Below the pieces are notes generated by a model, which searched no databases, was not told where the DNA came from, and saw only the letters and a program-made list of their open reading frames with translations. A stretch of 64,000 bases of DNA from the human T2T-CHM13v2.0 reference genome, Homo sapiens, in NCBI RefSeq assembly GCF_009914755.1, contig NC_060931.1; one strand, given 5' to 3'. Made by a program: the position numbers and the translations under genes. This document shows, piece after piece, positions 1 through 19,224 of this stretch (the stretch's first letter is position 1; the number at the start of each line of letters is the position of its first letter).

Positions 1-1030
1 TCCCAAAGTGCTAGGATTACATGAGCCACTCTTTAAAGTTTTATATGTATTAAAGTTTTGTGAGCTCTTTGTAATTGGTAATTCATAGCTATCTCCTTTG
101 CACAATAGTGAAAGGGTTTTTTATTACCAAGATACATGTACAATGCTATTTTGAGGGTTCTTAGGCAGTAGACATTATAGTTTTCCTACATGCAAATTGG
201 CTTGGCTAGATTATCCTTTGCTTTCTTGAGTGGTGGGTTGGGAAGAATGCTATGGTTTGAATCCATGTGACTAAAGAATCTATTTCATACACACTTGTGG
301 TTTTTGAAAGGATTTCAAAATACCCACTGAAATTAAAAAACACCCACCCTTCCCCCCCCCCTCCCCCACCGTCTCTGCCTATCTTTAAAGTGACAGATAA
401 TTTTGAGGAAGAAAAGATGAAGTGTGAACTATAGTGGTGTTTTTGGGCCTTTTGTGGTAATGCATACAAACTGACAGTCTTGTCTTGTGAGGGTAGGTTT
501 CATAAGACCTTTTTGCAAACTAAATCCTGTGTATCTTCAAAGCTTTTTTGCCTGTAATAAGTCAGATGCTAATGTATCCAGCACTGATGATCATGAGGTT
601 TTTGTAAAGCAGTGCTTGAAAAGAGATTGTTGACCGTTAGCTATGATATGAGATGGGCCCCAGAGAAAGAGGTGGCTGGCGAAGGTGTTTTCCTTAGTTA
701 TGGGGTGAGAGTGGGAGAAAAATAACATTTTGACTGAGAATATAGGATTTATATCTCTAAGCCTAAAAATACTGGGTTGGTTTTTTTTTTTTTTTTTTTT
801 TGGTACAATTCTGGGTAGTCTGCAAGTAATATTGAGTCAGCACATTTTAGGGACATATTACCCAATATTGAATGGATAATCATGCTTCATGGTTACTGTG
901 ACTCACATAGTAAATTGGTAATGAAACGTTAACATATTTTATACCCTGTCCCACCATAGTCTCTAATCCTAAAATTATAGTATATTTCAGTAAATGGTGC
1001 TGTCTAGGTTACATCGTCAGCCTTCTTGCA

Positions 1031-1249
1031 TAGATTCTTAACCTTTTAGACTTAGGAACTTATTTGAGAATTTGATGAATCCTGTGGATCCCCACCTCAG
1101 AAATACAGACACATGAATACACAGATTTCACTCACAATTTCAGTGGATACATAGATATACCAGAAGTCCATCAGATTAAGGACTCCTATTAGCCACAATT
1201 TCAGTGGATGCATGTGTGCCAGAAGCCTGACAGATTAAGGACTCCTATT
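1031..1249. mobile_element. Old hAT-Charlie-type MITE (MER103C-like) with duplicated end
   Basis: ttcttaacctttt and cagattaaggactcct resemble hAT TIRs; internal tttgagaatttgatgaa. Confidence 0.55.
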
Positions 1250-1269
1250 TTATAGTCTCCTTGCTCAAG

Positions 1270-1460
1270 CTCATCCACTCATAGGGCTTTCATTACAGCC
1301 TATTTGCTGATTATCATAAATCTGTATTTCCTAGTGGGTCTCTTTCCTGAGCCCTAGGTTCATTATTTCCAACTGTCTTCTGTATGTGTCCACCGAAATG
1401 CTCTCAAGGACCTCAAATTCAAAGTCCAAAATTGAATTTATTTTCTAAACTTGTTCCCTG
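1270..1460 (+). mobile_element. L2 LINE fragment
   Basis: Decayed YADD-region sequence and ctcaaattcaaagtccaaaattgaa, typical of L2. Confidence 0.7.
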
Positions 1461-2049
1461 AGAGGCAGAAGCTAGGTGGAATTGTTCATTAAACTGAGCA
1501 GGAATCCACCTTGAGAGTGGGGATGATGCTGTGCTCATCTATACTTGCGGTACCTATGAGCCAGAGAGCAGATTTGAGGAACAGAGTCCTCAGGGCACAT
1601 GGCTCAAACCCCAAAACAATTCAAGAACCTGGTTGCTAAAGTTAGAGAGCTGAAAAGCAGATCCAATTTATGAATGGAATATTTAGTTGGAAACCTGAGT
1701 AGATAGTACTGAGGAAGAGCAAGTGATCAAATGGAAAAGCATGTACCAAGGTGCAGAACCCACAGTAACAGACAAGAAGAAACATGAAAATGAAGTCAGC
1801 TGGGGGACAGGGGTTAGATTAAATCCCTAAACCAAACAACAAAAAGCTGCAGCAGCAGTTGGAATTGATATTCTTACATTAAAGGTAAAGCCTGGAATGA
1901 ATGCATACTTGTGTTTTCTGGTTCCTATACTCAGCAAAAACTGCTTGTTCCTGTTTTTTTCTATCTCCATACATAGCATGCTTATTCACCCAGTTACCCA
2001 AATTAGGTCTCCTCACTTAAAATTCATGAATGACTCCACTGTTACTACA

Positions 2050-3965
<1,916 letters not shown>

Positions 3966-3971
3966 GGGTTA

Positions 3972-6103
<2,132 letters not shown>

Positions 6104-7481
6104 TACTCATTTGCTTCTTCACATGTCTTAGAAGTTTTAACTGCATACTGGACCTTTTGTATAACAGAGGGGTAGAGAATGAACTAGGTAATACTTTTTG
6201 TTTTATTTTTGTTAAAGAGAGCAGTTCTTTCCTCCAGCAGGTAGCTAAGGTGATCACTCAAATTTGACAGTGAATCAAGCTGAGCTGGGGCTGAGCAGTA
6301 GCTTTAATTGATTTCAGTTTGCCTCTGGATTCAAATGAGAATAAGGAAATTTGACTTTTAGCCCAACCTTAGCTTTCTATATCATTTAGACGAGGGGTTC
6401 ATTTCTTTGATTTTAGCAAGATTGCAGCTGGGAGGCAGTTGGGTTGAAGATTAAATTAATTTACTTTACCTCTGGATTGCAACTATAGCAGGGCCCTGGA
6501 ACCCAAGCACCACACAGCATTGGGAGATCTCTTTCTGTCTCTCACTGTGCTCCCACCAGCACTTACTAAGATTCTCTTGTGGTATTACATGTAATTGTCA
6601 GGTCAAGAGATTTGTTTTTACACTTGGGACTCTTTCAGATTCTAATTAATCATACCAGTCCACAGTCTCACTAAAAGTTTGGCTTGTTTCAGCAAAATCT
6701 TTCCACCTATGGGAGACCTCCTTTTCTGCCCACTTGTACCCAGACAGGCAATTGATTCAAGGTAGCTAGAAACAGGCTTTTGTTTCTCTGTGAAGAACTC
6801 ATCCTTCTCCAGAAATTGGCTCAGTTAGACTTCTTGGCATTCATTTACTGCTTTTTCATGGCTTTACAGAAAAGTATGAAGTTTAGTTTATCTGGTGTTT
6901 TCTTGTTTTGATGAGAGCAGTGGTCTTTTGGGATCAGCTGCATTCAAACCAGGTTGGAACGCTTTAGAATGATGGCATTAAGATTCTTTGCCTTCTGCTT
7001 TCAACCTTCCTTTTCAACCTCATCTCTTTTTATTCTTTTAACCACACCACAGTGCCTCCCTTTCATTCCCACAGCACATTGTATACCTCCATACCTTTGT
7101 TCCTTCTGCCTTGATTGTCCTTCTTCTCATCTTACAACTTTGTCCTTTAAAACTCAACTCACATGACACCTCTTCTGTGCCACAGATCCTCCTGCTACAA
7201 TGTACCTACCTTTACTTGTGTACTTTCACATTATATTGTGATGATTTATATTATATGCTGCTGCTTTTAAACTAAGGACATGCCAGACATGCCTTCATCT
7301 GAAAATGTTAATATAGTTCAAAGTGTTGCTATAGTCTTTGTTTAGTTAAAGTAACAACTTTCTGGTCTGAAAAAAAAAAAGACTATGCATCCCTTCAACA
7401 GAATAAGATAGTTTTAAAAGTAATGATATGGGAGCATCTCTTAAGATATGGTCAGTGTTATGTTTTACCATTTGTATTTAG

Positions 7482-7830
<349 letters not shown>

Positions 7831-8926
7831 TAAAAAAATAAATAAGTAAAGACTTTTCAAGGACAAAGATATCATTTGCATTTTGTAGCCTGAGTGCCAG
7901 TAATACTTGACAATTACTTGATGCTCAATAAAATGATTCTTATTAGCAAAATAAACCTTACACGTAGAAAAAGAATATGCCAGGAACCAAGAAAAGGGAT
8001 ATTCAGATATGAGGCTCTTGGAGTTACGGCTCAGCTCACAAGGATTCTGCCGTAGGTGAGAAATGCTCCATTACCCAGAGGCAAAGCCCCAGAGGTTGTG
8101 GCAGCACTTTATGACTATGTATCAGTCTGGGCTCAGTCAGGGAAACATTGAGCCACTGTTAAGTGTTATAGGAGTGAGGGGTTTAATATAGTAATTAAGG
8201 CCTGTGCAAATATGGGAGGACTAGAGAAGTGAAGGTCTGCACGTTTTTTATTGTATACTGGACACGTTGTTTACAATAGGAGTAGGGAATGAGCTGGATA
8301 CAGCTACAGTTGGAAGACCAGAGGAATAGGCACTGATGACTGAAACCTGCAGCTCTAGAGAGGGCAGAGAAGTGCTAGGAAACTGCCTCTCGCTGCCAAA
8401 GTAGGACTCAGTGTGGGATCCCAAGGAAAGGTCTGTGAAGACTGCCACGGGGATAAAGTGGAGCTTTAGGAGAGGCCAGTGGAGCGACTGCATCTGACTG
8501 CCCTGACCTCTTAAAAATAATGGCTTCTACTTCATTTCCACCTTCTAAAACTCACAGAAGCCTCTGACCCAGAACCACACAGGGAAAGGAATTCTGGGAG
8601 ACTTAATTTTCTGTCCTAGACAACAGTGGTGGTGGTGCCAGTTGACCATCCAGCATAGGCCATTCCTTTGCCAGCCTGGCTTACATACACACCTACTTAA
8701 ACCATATTTAACTGCCAGATAAAGCTAAATGCTCTGCTTAACATGTTGTAACTATCGCTTAGCAAACTGAAAACATGCTAAGCACTCCCTCAAAGAGGAG
8801 ATGCTGTATTTCATATTGTGCTTTGTACATTTCTGGCTGATATGAATGTATTCCACTAGCTGAGTCACATCCCCTCTTTGATATCCTAAAACTTACATAT
8901 ACTGAGATACAGAGTTAGCCATTTCC

Positions 8927-9222
8927 TTTTTTTTTTTTCTTGGCAAGGTCTTGTTCTGTCACCCAGGCTGCAGTGCAGTGGCGCCATCATAGCTCACTGC
9001 ATCCAGAATCTCCTGGGCCCAAGCGATCCGCCTGCCTTAGCTTCTTGACTATAGGTGTGCACCACCACACCTAGCTAAATTTTTTTTATTTTTAACTTTT
9101 TGTAGAGACAAGAGGTATCACTGTGTTGCCCAGGCTGCTCTTGAACTCCTGGCCTCAAGCAATCCTGTTGCCTTAGCCTCTCAACGTGTTAGGATTATAG
9201 GCATGAACCACCGTGCCCAGCC
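8927..9222 (-). mobile_element. AluJ
   Basis: Diverged antisense dimer. Confidence 0.9.
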
Positions 9223-10068
9223 AGAGTCAATACACCTTATATTAGAGAGTATTATTAGACAGGGAAAAGTGGAAAAAAGAATTCGTTAATATATTCAGTA
9301 TATATTCATATCAAAGCAAAGAAGAATATCTGCCAAACTATTGTAGTTCTCATTTTCTGTACCTTTCATGTGATCATGGCAGGTATCTGTCATTTCTTTC
9401 TTCCTCTAGCCATTCCATGTTCCTTTGGTCCTCAGTAGTCACCTCAGATGGTCTTTGTTCTTTGCCTGGTGGGGTGGCCTAAACCTTCATTCTGGAGTGT
9501 ATGTACCAATAAATGGCCATATTGTTTTGCTCTAATATCCCGTTAACTTTCCATAATAAACAAGTGTAATAGAAAATCCTAGGTTCCAGGCAATTTCTTT
9601 CCTTCTTCCATTGAGTATTTTTTTCCCATTGTGTATTTTAAACTTGGTTCTTCCTTGATAATCGGGATCAATCAGCCTAGCTATTATAGTACCTGCCTTA
9701 CTTGTCTTTGGCTAAGTGGCATGAGGAGCAAGAAGTGCTGAGTTAACAGTCTCAGCTCTCTGTTCAGTGGAAATAATGTTGTGTCTCCCCCAAAGAAGCA
9801 CTTCTCCCTTGAGGATTAAGACCTGTAAACTGGGAGAGCCCACAGCTGCTGCGAGTTTTCTTTTGGGGAAGGATTTTGATAATATTTAGTGAATATAGGG
9901 CTATTTCGATTTTCTTGTTCTTGTATCAATTTTGATAAATTGTATTTTTTAAAGTAATTTGGCCATTTCACTTAAGTTGTCAAATTTGTTGGCAGGAAGC
10001 TGCAGTATTTTCTTAGAGTCCTTCTAATCTTTGTCAAATTGATAGTGATAACTTTTCTATTCCTCATG

Positions 10069-10260
10069 TGATGACCCCTTGATTCCGCCTCTGTCCACAC
10101 CTGTTAGTGATTCCCTCCACCTGAATGTGGACAGGACCTGTGACTTGCTTGGAACGAATAGAATACAACAAAGGCGATGGGAGATATGTGATTGCATGAT
10201 TATATTATATAAGATTACAGCACTGGACTGGCTGGAGTGTGCACGTCTCTCTCTCTCTCT
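10069..10260 (+). mobile_element. MLT1 (ERVL-MaLR) LTR fragment
   Basis: tgtggacaggacctgtgacttgctt...aatagaatacaacaaaggcgatggga. Confidence 0.65.
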
Positions 10261-10802
10261 CTCTGGACATAAAGACTGTTATCTTGTATAGACTCTGGGT
10301 TCCTTTATAATACTCTTGTGAATGCATTTACTTTTGTTTTAGCAGGCAATCAACTCAGGTAGGCTGGATTATACATTGTTTTGCCTTTTGCAGGCAGTGA
10401 TTCAAATCCCAATTCAGTTATCAAAGCAAAGCCTTTGCTAAACTGGTTTGGGTTTGTCCTGTGCATGTGTGATTCAGAGGTTAAGGTGAGACCCGTGTAG
10501 GTGCATACATAAAAGTGGAGAGCTCCTTCACCTGCTGTTTCTGCTCCAGGAGTTTGCTCTGACTCCCTGTCTTTCTTTGGCTCCTTTCCCTGCTTGCTCT
10601 GACCAGAAAGAAAACAATTCCTATCAGAGTTTTAGCCACCTACGTGTGCTGCTTAGTGACTGAAGCTGTCCCACCCTCAAGGAAAAACTTGATGAGAAAA
10701 AAATAAACAAACAGAAAACTCACCCTGTAAGGTCACTTCTCCAACTTTTTACTTCCCTCCACAATCTGCCTGCTTTTATTTACTTTCCAGATCCTCATAT
10801 AG

Positions 10803-11119
10803 TTTTTTGTTTTGTTTTGTTTTGCTGTGTTTTGAGATGGAGTTTCACTCTTGGTGCCCAGGCTGGAGTGCAGTGGCACAATCTTGTCTCACTGAAACCT
10901 CCCCCTCCCGGGTTGAAGCGACTCTTTTGCCTCAGCCTCCTGAGTAGCTTGGGATTACGGGCAGCCGCCACCATGCACGGCTAATTTTTGGTATTTTTAG
11001 TAGAGACAGGGTTTCACCATGTTGGCCAGGCTGGTCTTGAACTCCTGACCTCAGGTGTCCCACCCACTTCAGCCTCCCCACAGTGCTGGGATTACAGGTG
11101 TGAGCCACCGCGCCTGGCC
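10803..11119 (-). mobile_element. AluS
   Basis: Antisense dimer. Confidence 0.93.
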
Positions 11120-11242
11120 CAAGGTAGTTATTTTTTAAAAGTTTGCTCAAACTTTATAGTTGTAATTAGAGGGAGGAACAACTTTATGGGATGTAGGTGG
11201 CTTAACCTCACCATAATGGAACCAAAACTCCACTTCATTCAC

Positions 11243-11521
11243 TTTTTTTTTTTAGATGGAGTCTCGCTCTGTCTGCAGTGATGAGATCTCGGCTCACTGC
11301 AAGGTCCGCCTCCCGGGTTCATGCCATTCTCCTGCCTCAGCCTCCTGAGTAGCTGGGACTACAGGCGTCTGCCACCACGCCCGGCTAGTTTTTTTGTATT
11401 TTTAGTAGAGACGGGGTTTCACCGTGTTAGCCAGGATGGTCTCGATCTCTTGACTTCGTGATCCGCCCGCCTCGGCCTCCCAAAGTGCTGGGATTACAGG
11501 TGTGAGCCACTGCGCCCGGCC
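11243..11521 (-). mobile_element. AluY with short internal deletion
   Basis: ccgtgttagccaggatggtctcgatc; TSD cacttcattcacttt; gcccaggctggag missing. Confidence 0.93.
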
Positions 11522-13010
11522 CACTTCATTCACTTTAAAATGAAGTACTTGACCAGAAGCAGTACTGTTTAGAATGCCATTATGGTGAATAAGATATTTT
11601 GTAAGGGAAAGGATGCTGGTTTTTGACAGAAATGTTGTGGGCAGAGAAGGAAATCTTCATTGAGTAAAAGCAGTGTCCTTTTTAGATGGAAGCGGTCCAG
11701 TGTGATCATCCTGCTACAGATGGCTGCCCAGACCCCCTGGGAGCAGCGCTTTATTGGGGCACCATTGTTGGCCTCTCCTGTTGGCAGGTTGGACACTTAG
11801 CCATGATTGTTGCCAGGTCAGCCTTGACAGGTGGAAGCCTGTGTCACTGAGCACATGCATGACCTTCATTCCTGCTGCTCTCACAGTAGGATATGAACTT
11901 TGTTCATTAGCGTTCTGAGCAAGGGAAACAGTGGCTGATAAAATAATGAGTCATTTTGTCCACTTGGTTATTGAGAGCCTCCTCTGCTGAGATTATACAT
12001 TGGTCATCATTTACATGGGACACAAATACCCTCACACTTTGTCCTGTTTGAGAATAGTTTATTGACATAGCTCTTTTCTATATCTTACCACAAGTTTCCC
12101 AACCTTATTCTAAGTTTCTGAATTTCCAGTCAAACCGTCTGCTGCTGACCACAAATCAGTGTGGATTCGTATTTATAGCCATCACTCCTTTGACACAAAA
12201 TGTGCAGTCATGTACACTGCTTCGAGTGTATGATGAGCAGCCTAAGCGACTTGGGCAACTTGGTAGCCAGTGGTAAAGTGTTCAGTCCTTACTAAATCCT
12301 AGTAGCAAGCAAGGGCTCTTTCTCAAAAGGGAGAGTAATGATCTCCAGAAGTTAGCATAGCTTTGCTCTAAAATCCTAGGGTTCTATACTGTGATTTACC
12401 TCTAGGGCCTGCCATACCTCCACACATCACTCATGAAGTATCATCCTGTATCTTAAGTTTTTGTTGGCGATACTAATCTCTGCAGTTCCTCTAGGAATGC
12501 AGTATTACTTTTGGTGTAATATTTTGGTAGAGAGAGGCAGCTCTAGTGTAACCCCTGAGGTATGGCTTTAGTATGCTACCCATCTCTGTTAGTCCTAGGG
12601 ACACCATCACCAATCAGCCACCACCAGAGATCTCTACAGCTCACACCATTCTCTTTTCCTACTCTACCTCTGCGTGTGCTTATAAAGTATAGCCATGTGC
12701 CCATTGTTTCTGTCATGAAGCGTCACCAGTTGGCTGCTGTGACTCAGAGATCTTTTCATCCTTCCCTTGGGTTCAGGGAATCTATTTCTCTGACAGCCTT
12801 TCCCATTGTTATTTCTAGCCTGCAGCGAACAAGCACTAAAGAGCTTTTTAGGGATGTTGTTGCCCCCTTCACCAATGTATTTCTCAAAGGCTTGGTAAAG
12901 GAGTGAGTTCTCTAGACATTCCTGGGATGTAGTTAGGAGATCAGTGAACAGATCAGTCATACGTATTAAATACACCCCAGTATTCCTTATTTTCTAACCT
13001 TTTGAATAAA

Positions 13011-13301
<291 letters not shown>

Positions 13302-13939
13302 TTGAACAACTTTTATTTACAGTATACCAAGGAGGTTCTGGCATCTAAGCTTCATTTAATGTAAGCCACTGATGGATCCAGGTTTTGGCCAACCAGGTGA
13401 GGAAATTGTTAGAGTTATTCCCTGATTACTCAAGCCAATATACTGCATCCAAAATATCTGGTTAATGTACTCATATATTGATAAATTTGACCAAGTCCAA
13501 CGTTACATTCCTTCTTGTCTGGTCTAACATTCTTAGGATTCATTGCTACACACTTCCTAGGTTTCTGCAAGTACAAATGGGCAAAATCTAGCACAATGAC
13601 CCTAGCCCTCTGAGGGTCACAGCAGGTTGGTTCAGGAGTAGGAACCTGACCCAACACAGGCAAATAAAGGTCTTTCCCTGGGACTGTGAAATGGTACCAA
13701 GGGAAGAAAGGTGGTTTCTCTCTGGTAGGGAGGGCCACTGGATATAAGGCACAGGAACTGTTGCTGGAAGCGTTAGACACTGCTGACTGCTTGTTCCTTT
13801 TTCCCTGTTAGTAAAGACTATTCCTTTAAAAAACCAAAAAAGGTAGATAAAAATGCCAGATATTCATTTTCCCATATACTCTTGTGGGTGGAATGACCAC
13901 TTGACCATTTTTTTGTAGCCAGTGATACATAAGGAGATT

Positions 13940-14340
13940 TTTTTTTAACAGGGAAAAAAAGAGCTTACAAATTTTATGTGCACATGTGTGCATGGGAGTT
14001 ATACAATTCTTTTAAAAAAAAAACTCAAATGGCTAGATGATTGACACTTTTGTACCACCCTGAGATACAGAAAGAATAGGGGCTTGGATCATGGCCAAAC
14101 AAGTTATGGTGGCAAAACAGGTTATGGGAGGAAGAGAAGACCACCTTTGCCTGGCTAGCAAAGGTAGTCTTGAACTCTCACAGGCAGCAGCCCTCAGAAA
14201 GAATGGATAGTAGCCAGTGATAAATGTTTCTAGCAGACCTTTAAAGGTGTTAGACTCTCAGTTAATCATTCTTAGGTCTGGATAAGGAGATGTTTGCTAG
14301 GGATTTTCTGGGAGAGATTTAGCTTTCTGAGAAAATAAAG
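13940..14340. mobile_element. ERV1-class LTR fragment (MER34/MER39-like)
   Basis: gcagccctcagaaagaat...cagacctttaaaggtgttagactctcagttaatc resembles recalled MER4-group LTRs. Confidence 0.5.
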
Positions 14341-14907
14341 AATTGTGTGAAAAGAGCTTACTCTTTCCTTCCTGCTTTTGAACATTGCTGTGAAAGAACA
14401 TTATGCTTAGCCCTGCTGCAGCCACTTTGTGATCCTAAGAGAAGTTATCATCAATAACACACTGAAGGTGACAGAAGGAAGATTAGGGCAGAGGCTTCCC
14501 TTGATTTCTGGGCTTAGGACTGTCCATCCACCTCATGTCTGGACTTCTTGTTATGTGTTTGACATACTTGTACTCAGTTATTCTATTACCGTGTGTTCAC
14601 TGCAAATGGGGTCGTGTTCCTCAGTGTGTAAGGGAATAAAGCCAACCCATCGAGAGAAGCAGAGCCAAAGAGGTCAAGGGAGTGTCTGGCAGGGGTTGAG
14701 GTCCTGGTTCTGGTTGCCCATGAAGATCATTTCCAGCTCTGCCCTTGCCACAGTTCCAGGAAACATTTCCCTTTTTGACTGTATTACTTGAATTGGGTTT
14801 CTGGGCTGTAGTAGGAATATTCCAACTAATACCATACTGGGTAAATTTGAAGTATGATAAATTTTAAGCTACTTCTCACTTTATTTCTTGTGCCTAAATT
14901 TGAAGAG

Positions 14908-14910
14908 TAT

Positions 14911-14941
<31 letters not shown>

Positions 14942-15102
14942 TGAGACAGGGTCTCGCTCTGTTGCCCAGAGTGCTCTGGAATGCAGTGGCACGATCATAG
15001 CTTACTGCAGCCTTGACTTCTTGGGCTCAGGTGATCCTCCCACCTTGGCCTCCCAAAGTTCTGGGATTATAGGCATATAGGCATGAGCCACTTTGTCTGG
15101 CC
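14908..15102 (-). mobile_element. Shortened Alu (monomer length) with (TTTA)n tail
   Basis: Right-arm end joined to left-arm start. Confidence 0.85.
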
Positions 15103-15235
15103 TAAATTTTAGTTAAAGAAATTCTTATCTCATTCTTTCAGAATTTTCATAGGCCTTCAAAGCAACAACCATGGAGTTAAATTCATTTCCTCAACTTGGC
15201 AGGATTTTTTTTTTCCCCTATTGAAGTATTTTGTC

Positions 15236-15542
15236 TTTTTTTTTTGTGTGTGTGACAGGGTTTCACTCTTCGCTCTGTTGCCCAGGCTGGAGTGCAGTGG
15301 CATGATGATAGCTCACTGTAGCCTTAAACTCCCCTGGGCTCAAGCCATCCTCCCACCTCAGCTCCCTGAGTAGCTGAGACCATAGGCATGCACCACTATG
15401 CCCAACTAATTATTGTATTTTTTGTAGAGACAAGATGTCACCATATTACCCAGGCTGGCCTCAAACTCCTGAGCTCAAGTGATTCACCTGGCCCGGCCTC
15501 CCAAAGTGCTGGGATTACAGGAGTGAGCCACTGTGCCCAGCC
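15236..15542 (-). mobile_element. AluJ
   Basis: Antisense dimer with J diagnostics. Confidence 0.9.
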
Positions 15543-17237
15543 ATTTTGTTTTATTTTGAAAGAAGGCTGAATTGATTCCTGCAGGCATTCTGTAAAGAAT
15601 ATATAAGGAAGTTCAAAGTAGCACATTTTACCATCTCTCAGAATACCTCAGTCTTTCTTCTGATGCATCACTTTAAGGCTTCGATTATTAAACAAGCAAT
15701 TACTAAACAGTTGCTTTTTGGAATACTACCTTCTAGTGCTTCAGGAGATGCAAAGATCTGGCTTGTATCCAGGAAGAAAATACAGGTAATTGGATTGGAG
15801 AGAGAAGACATGCCATAGAAGAAAATGAAATAATAATAAGATGGGAGAAGAATTTTTACTGTGTTTTAAAGGGTTAAAAACTGTTGGAAACCTAAAAATT
15901 TGTCCACAGGACGAGGCTGAAAGTCTGAGACTACCCCACAGGAATAGCCTTGTCAAGGCCTGATTGTGCCCTTTGACTCATCCTTCAAAGTCAAACCTTT
16001 CTCATCTTCTCTCCCAGCTTTGGCACTGTCATTCCATAAGTGTATCCCAATAATTTGTGTTTTCTGCCAGAAATCCTTTTGGGGCTAATGAGTTTCATGC
16101 ACTTGTATTTGCTGTGTAAAGTAGGTTTTCCTATACTTGTACTTACCAGATTAAATGTCAAAGGATCCAGCTCTTTGTTGGTTTTGTGTACAAGCACAAA
16201 TTGCACTTGCTCATGCCATTCAGAATTTCGTACATTTTAGTTGTCTTTTACAACTGTAATCCCATCTGAAGGTCTATGGGAAATTCAGTTCCTTAAGAAA
16301 TAGGTTCCCCTCATCCTTCTCTTTCTGCCTTCATTAGTGAGAGTACTTTTTGAGAGCAAGAGAACATTTGCAGTGAAGAGGTTTAGTTGGATAGCTATTT
16401 ATACAGTTTTCCTTGGAATTTTAAAGAATGAAATAATTTCTCTTTATGTCAGCAAATGCCTATTCTGAACATTCAGAATGACTGTTCTGAACAGTAATGT
16501 TTAACTCTTAAAAAACATGGTATTTATAAATGAGAATATAATAAATCAGTATTAGAAGTCATTTTTTACCCCATGCTCTAATTCAGGAGAAAATAGGAGA
16601 TACTTATAGGTTAACTTGGTGTCTGATTACCAGTGCCTGATATAATTTCTCCAATTCCCTTTTTAAAAATCTATTAAAATATCGTTAATTTAAAAAATCC
16701 CTTTAAAATGAAGATATGAAAAGCTCTATGCTAAAGAATAGGGAAATTTTCCACTAAGTCGATCATTGATTGTATTGTGGCTTTTCCTTAAACCCAAAGA
16801 TTACCCAAAGATTACTGTAGAAGTGACACTACGAAAAATCAAATTAATGATAGGGAGAGTATACATTAGATGCTCTTCCAGAATGTACAGCAAAAGAACA
16901 GAGATGAAGATTGATAGATGAGAGAAAATGATACCTATGAAAGAAAAAAATAGAGATTTAACTGGTGACTAATAGATGTCTGCAAAGGAGACAACAGAAG
17001 TGGAACAAAAGCATGGATCAAATGTGTCATTGTGGAAGACTTTCCAGGGTTGAAAATGACCTGAAGAATAAAAGAGCTCACTGTATTCTAAAGAACATTA
17101 TGAAAACGTGTCTGTACCTAGACATATTTTGCTGGTTTTCTTTTGATTTTAAGGATCCTGAAAAAAAAAAAAAAATCCTGCATATATCAAGGCACAAAAA
17201 AATGAGCTTTCAACAAAGAAACAAAAATGATGCTGGT

Positions 17238-17548
17238 AGCCAGGCGCGGTGGCTCATGCCTGTAATCCCAGCACTTTGGGTGGCCAAGGTGGGCAGATCA
17301 CAAGGTTAGGAGTTTGAGACCAGCCTGGCCAACATGGTGAAACCCTGAATCTACTGAAAATACAAAAAATTAGCTGGGTGTGGTGGCATGTGCCTATAAT
17401 CCCAGCTACTCGGGAGGCTGAGGCAGGAGAATCATTTGAACTCGGGAGGCGGAGGTTGCAGTGAGCCAAGATCATGCCATAACTCTCCAGCTTGGGTGAC
17501 AGGGCGAGACTTGATCTCAAAAAAAATAAAATAATAAAATAAAATAAA
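17238..17548 (+). mobile_element. AluS
   Basis: Dimer; TSD aaat(g/t)atgctgg. Confidence 0.93.
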
Positions 17549-18343
17549 CAAATTATGCTGGCTACAAAATTTTCTTTTGCAAATACTAAATGTTGGAAAA
17601 TGATGGAGCAGTGGGCAGTGATCCTTAGCTTATGTGGTCTTTGAACTCCCTGCAGTAATATTTGGACCTCTATGTCTTGATGCAAGTTGATTTTCCTGGG
17701 AATAGAATCTATATCGTTCCTCATATTTTCCAGGATTTCATGAAACAAAGAGTTAAGAACTACAGTAGTGGAGCAATATTCATGGTGCTTTTTCTTTTTC
17801 TTTTGAAATAATTAAAAACTTACAGAAAGGCTGTAAGAATAATACAGAGAAATCCTGTGTATTCTTTCCCAAATTCATGTGTTTGTCTTCTCTCTCTTTC
17901 TCTCTCCTTATAAAATATTTCAATGTTGTTAGTTATCTCAAAATGGACTTTGTAGTTTTTTTTTCCTCCCCTACCAGTACAGGTTTCAGTCTAAGATCAC
18001 ATCATATATATAGTTTTATATTGTTTTAGTTTTCTTTATCTGTAACAGTTTCTCAGATGCTCTCTGTCTTCCATGATACTGATATTTTTTTGAAGAATGC
18101 TGGCAGGTTATTTTACAGTGTTCCTCATTCTGGGTTTGTCTGATGTTTCCTCTTGATTATTATTCGGGTTATGCATATGAGGCCACAATACTAGGTAAAT
18201 TGTGTGGTTTCATTCTCAAGGTATCCACATCTGAAGGCGTATGATGTTCATCTGTCACACCGTTGATGTTAATTTCGATCTCATGGTAAATGTGTTTTTT
18301 CGGTGTCTCCACTCTATGGTTACTTTTTTATCCCTTTCAATTA

Positions 18344-18645
<302 letters not shown>

Positions 18646-18681
18646 ACGATCAATGTGGAAAAAACTTGAAGACTGTGCAAA

Positions 18682-19023
18682 TAGCCATATGTTGCTTAAC
18701 GATGGGAATACATTGTGAAAAATGTGTTATTAGGTGATTCTGTCATTGTGCAAACACCATAGGGTGTACTTACATAAATTTAGATGGTATAGCCTGCTAC
18801 ATAGCTAGGCTATATGGTTTAGCCTATTGTTCTTAGGCTACAAAACTGTACAGCTTGTTACTGTACTGAATATTGTAGGCAGTTGTAACACTATGATAAG
18901 TATTATATAAACATATCTAAACATAGGAAGATACAGTAAAAATACAGAATTATAATCTTATGGGACCACTGTCATAAGTGTGGTTTATTACTGACCAAAA
19001 TGTCATTATGTGGCACATGGCTG
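18682..19023 (+). mobile_element. Tigger3a/MER7-type MITE
   Basis: gttgcttaacgatgggaatac...tagatggtatagcctgctac...tgtggcacatggctg followed by TA. Confidence 0.85.
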
Positions 19024-19224
19024 TATCTTGCTTTTCATCAGGCTTTACACTCTAGATGAGCATCCATTGATTATTCTTACCCACACCAATGGTACAGTTA
19101 TGATAGTTGGAAAATGCTGCTTTTTTCCAACTCCACTACTCCCTCCATTTCATGGTATTCTAATGAATGATCATTGTCACAAAATTCAACACCTAATTGT
19201 ATCTGTTATGATAATGAAAAGAAA

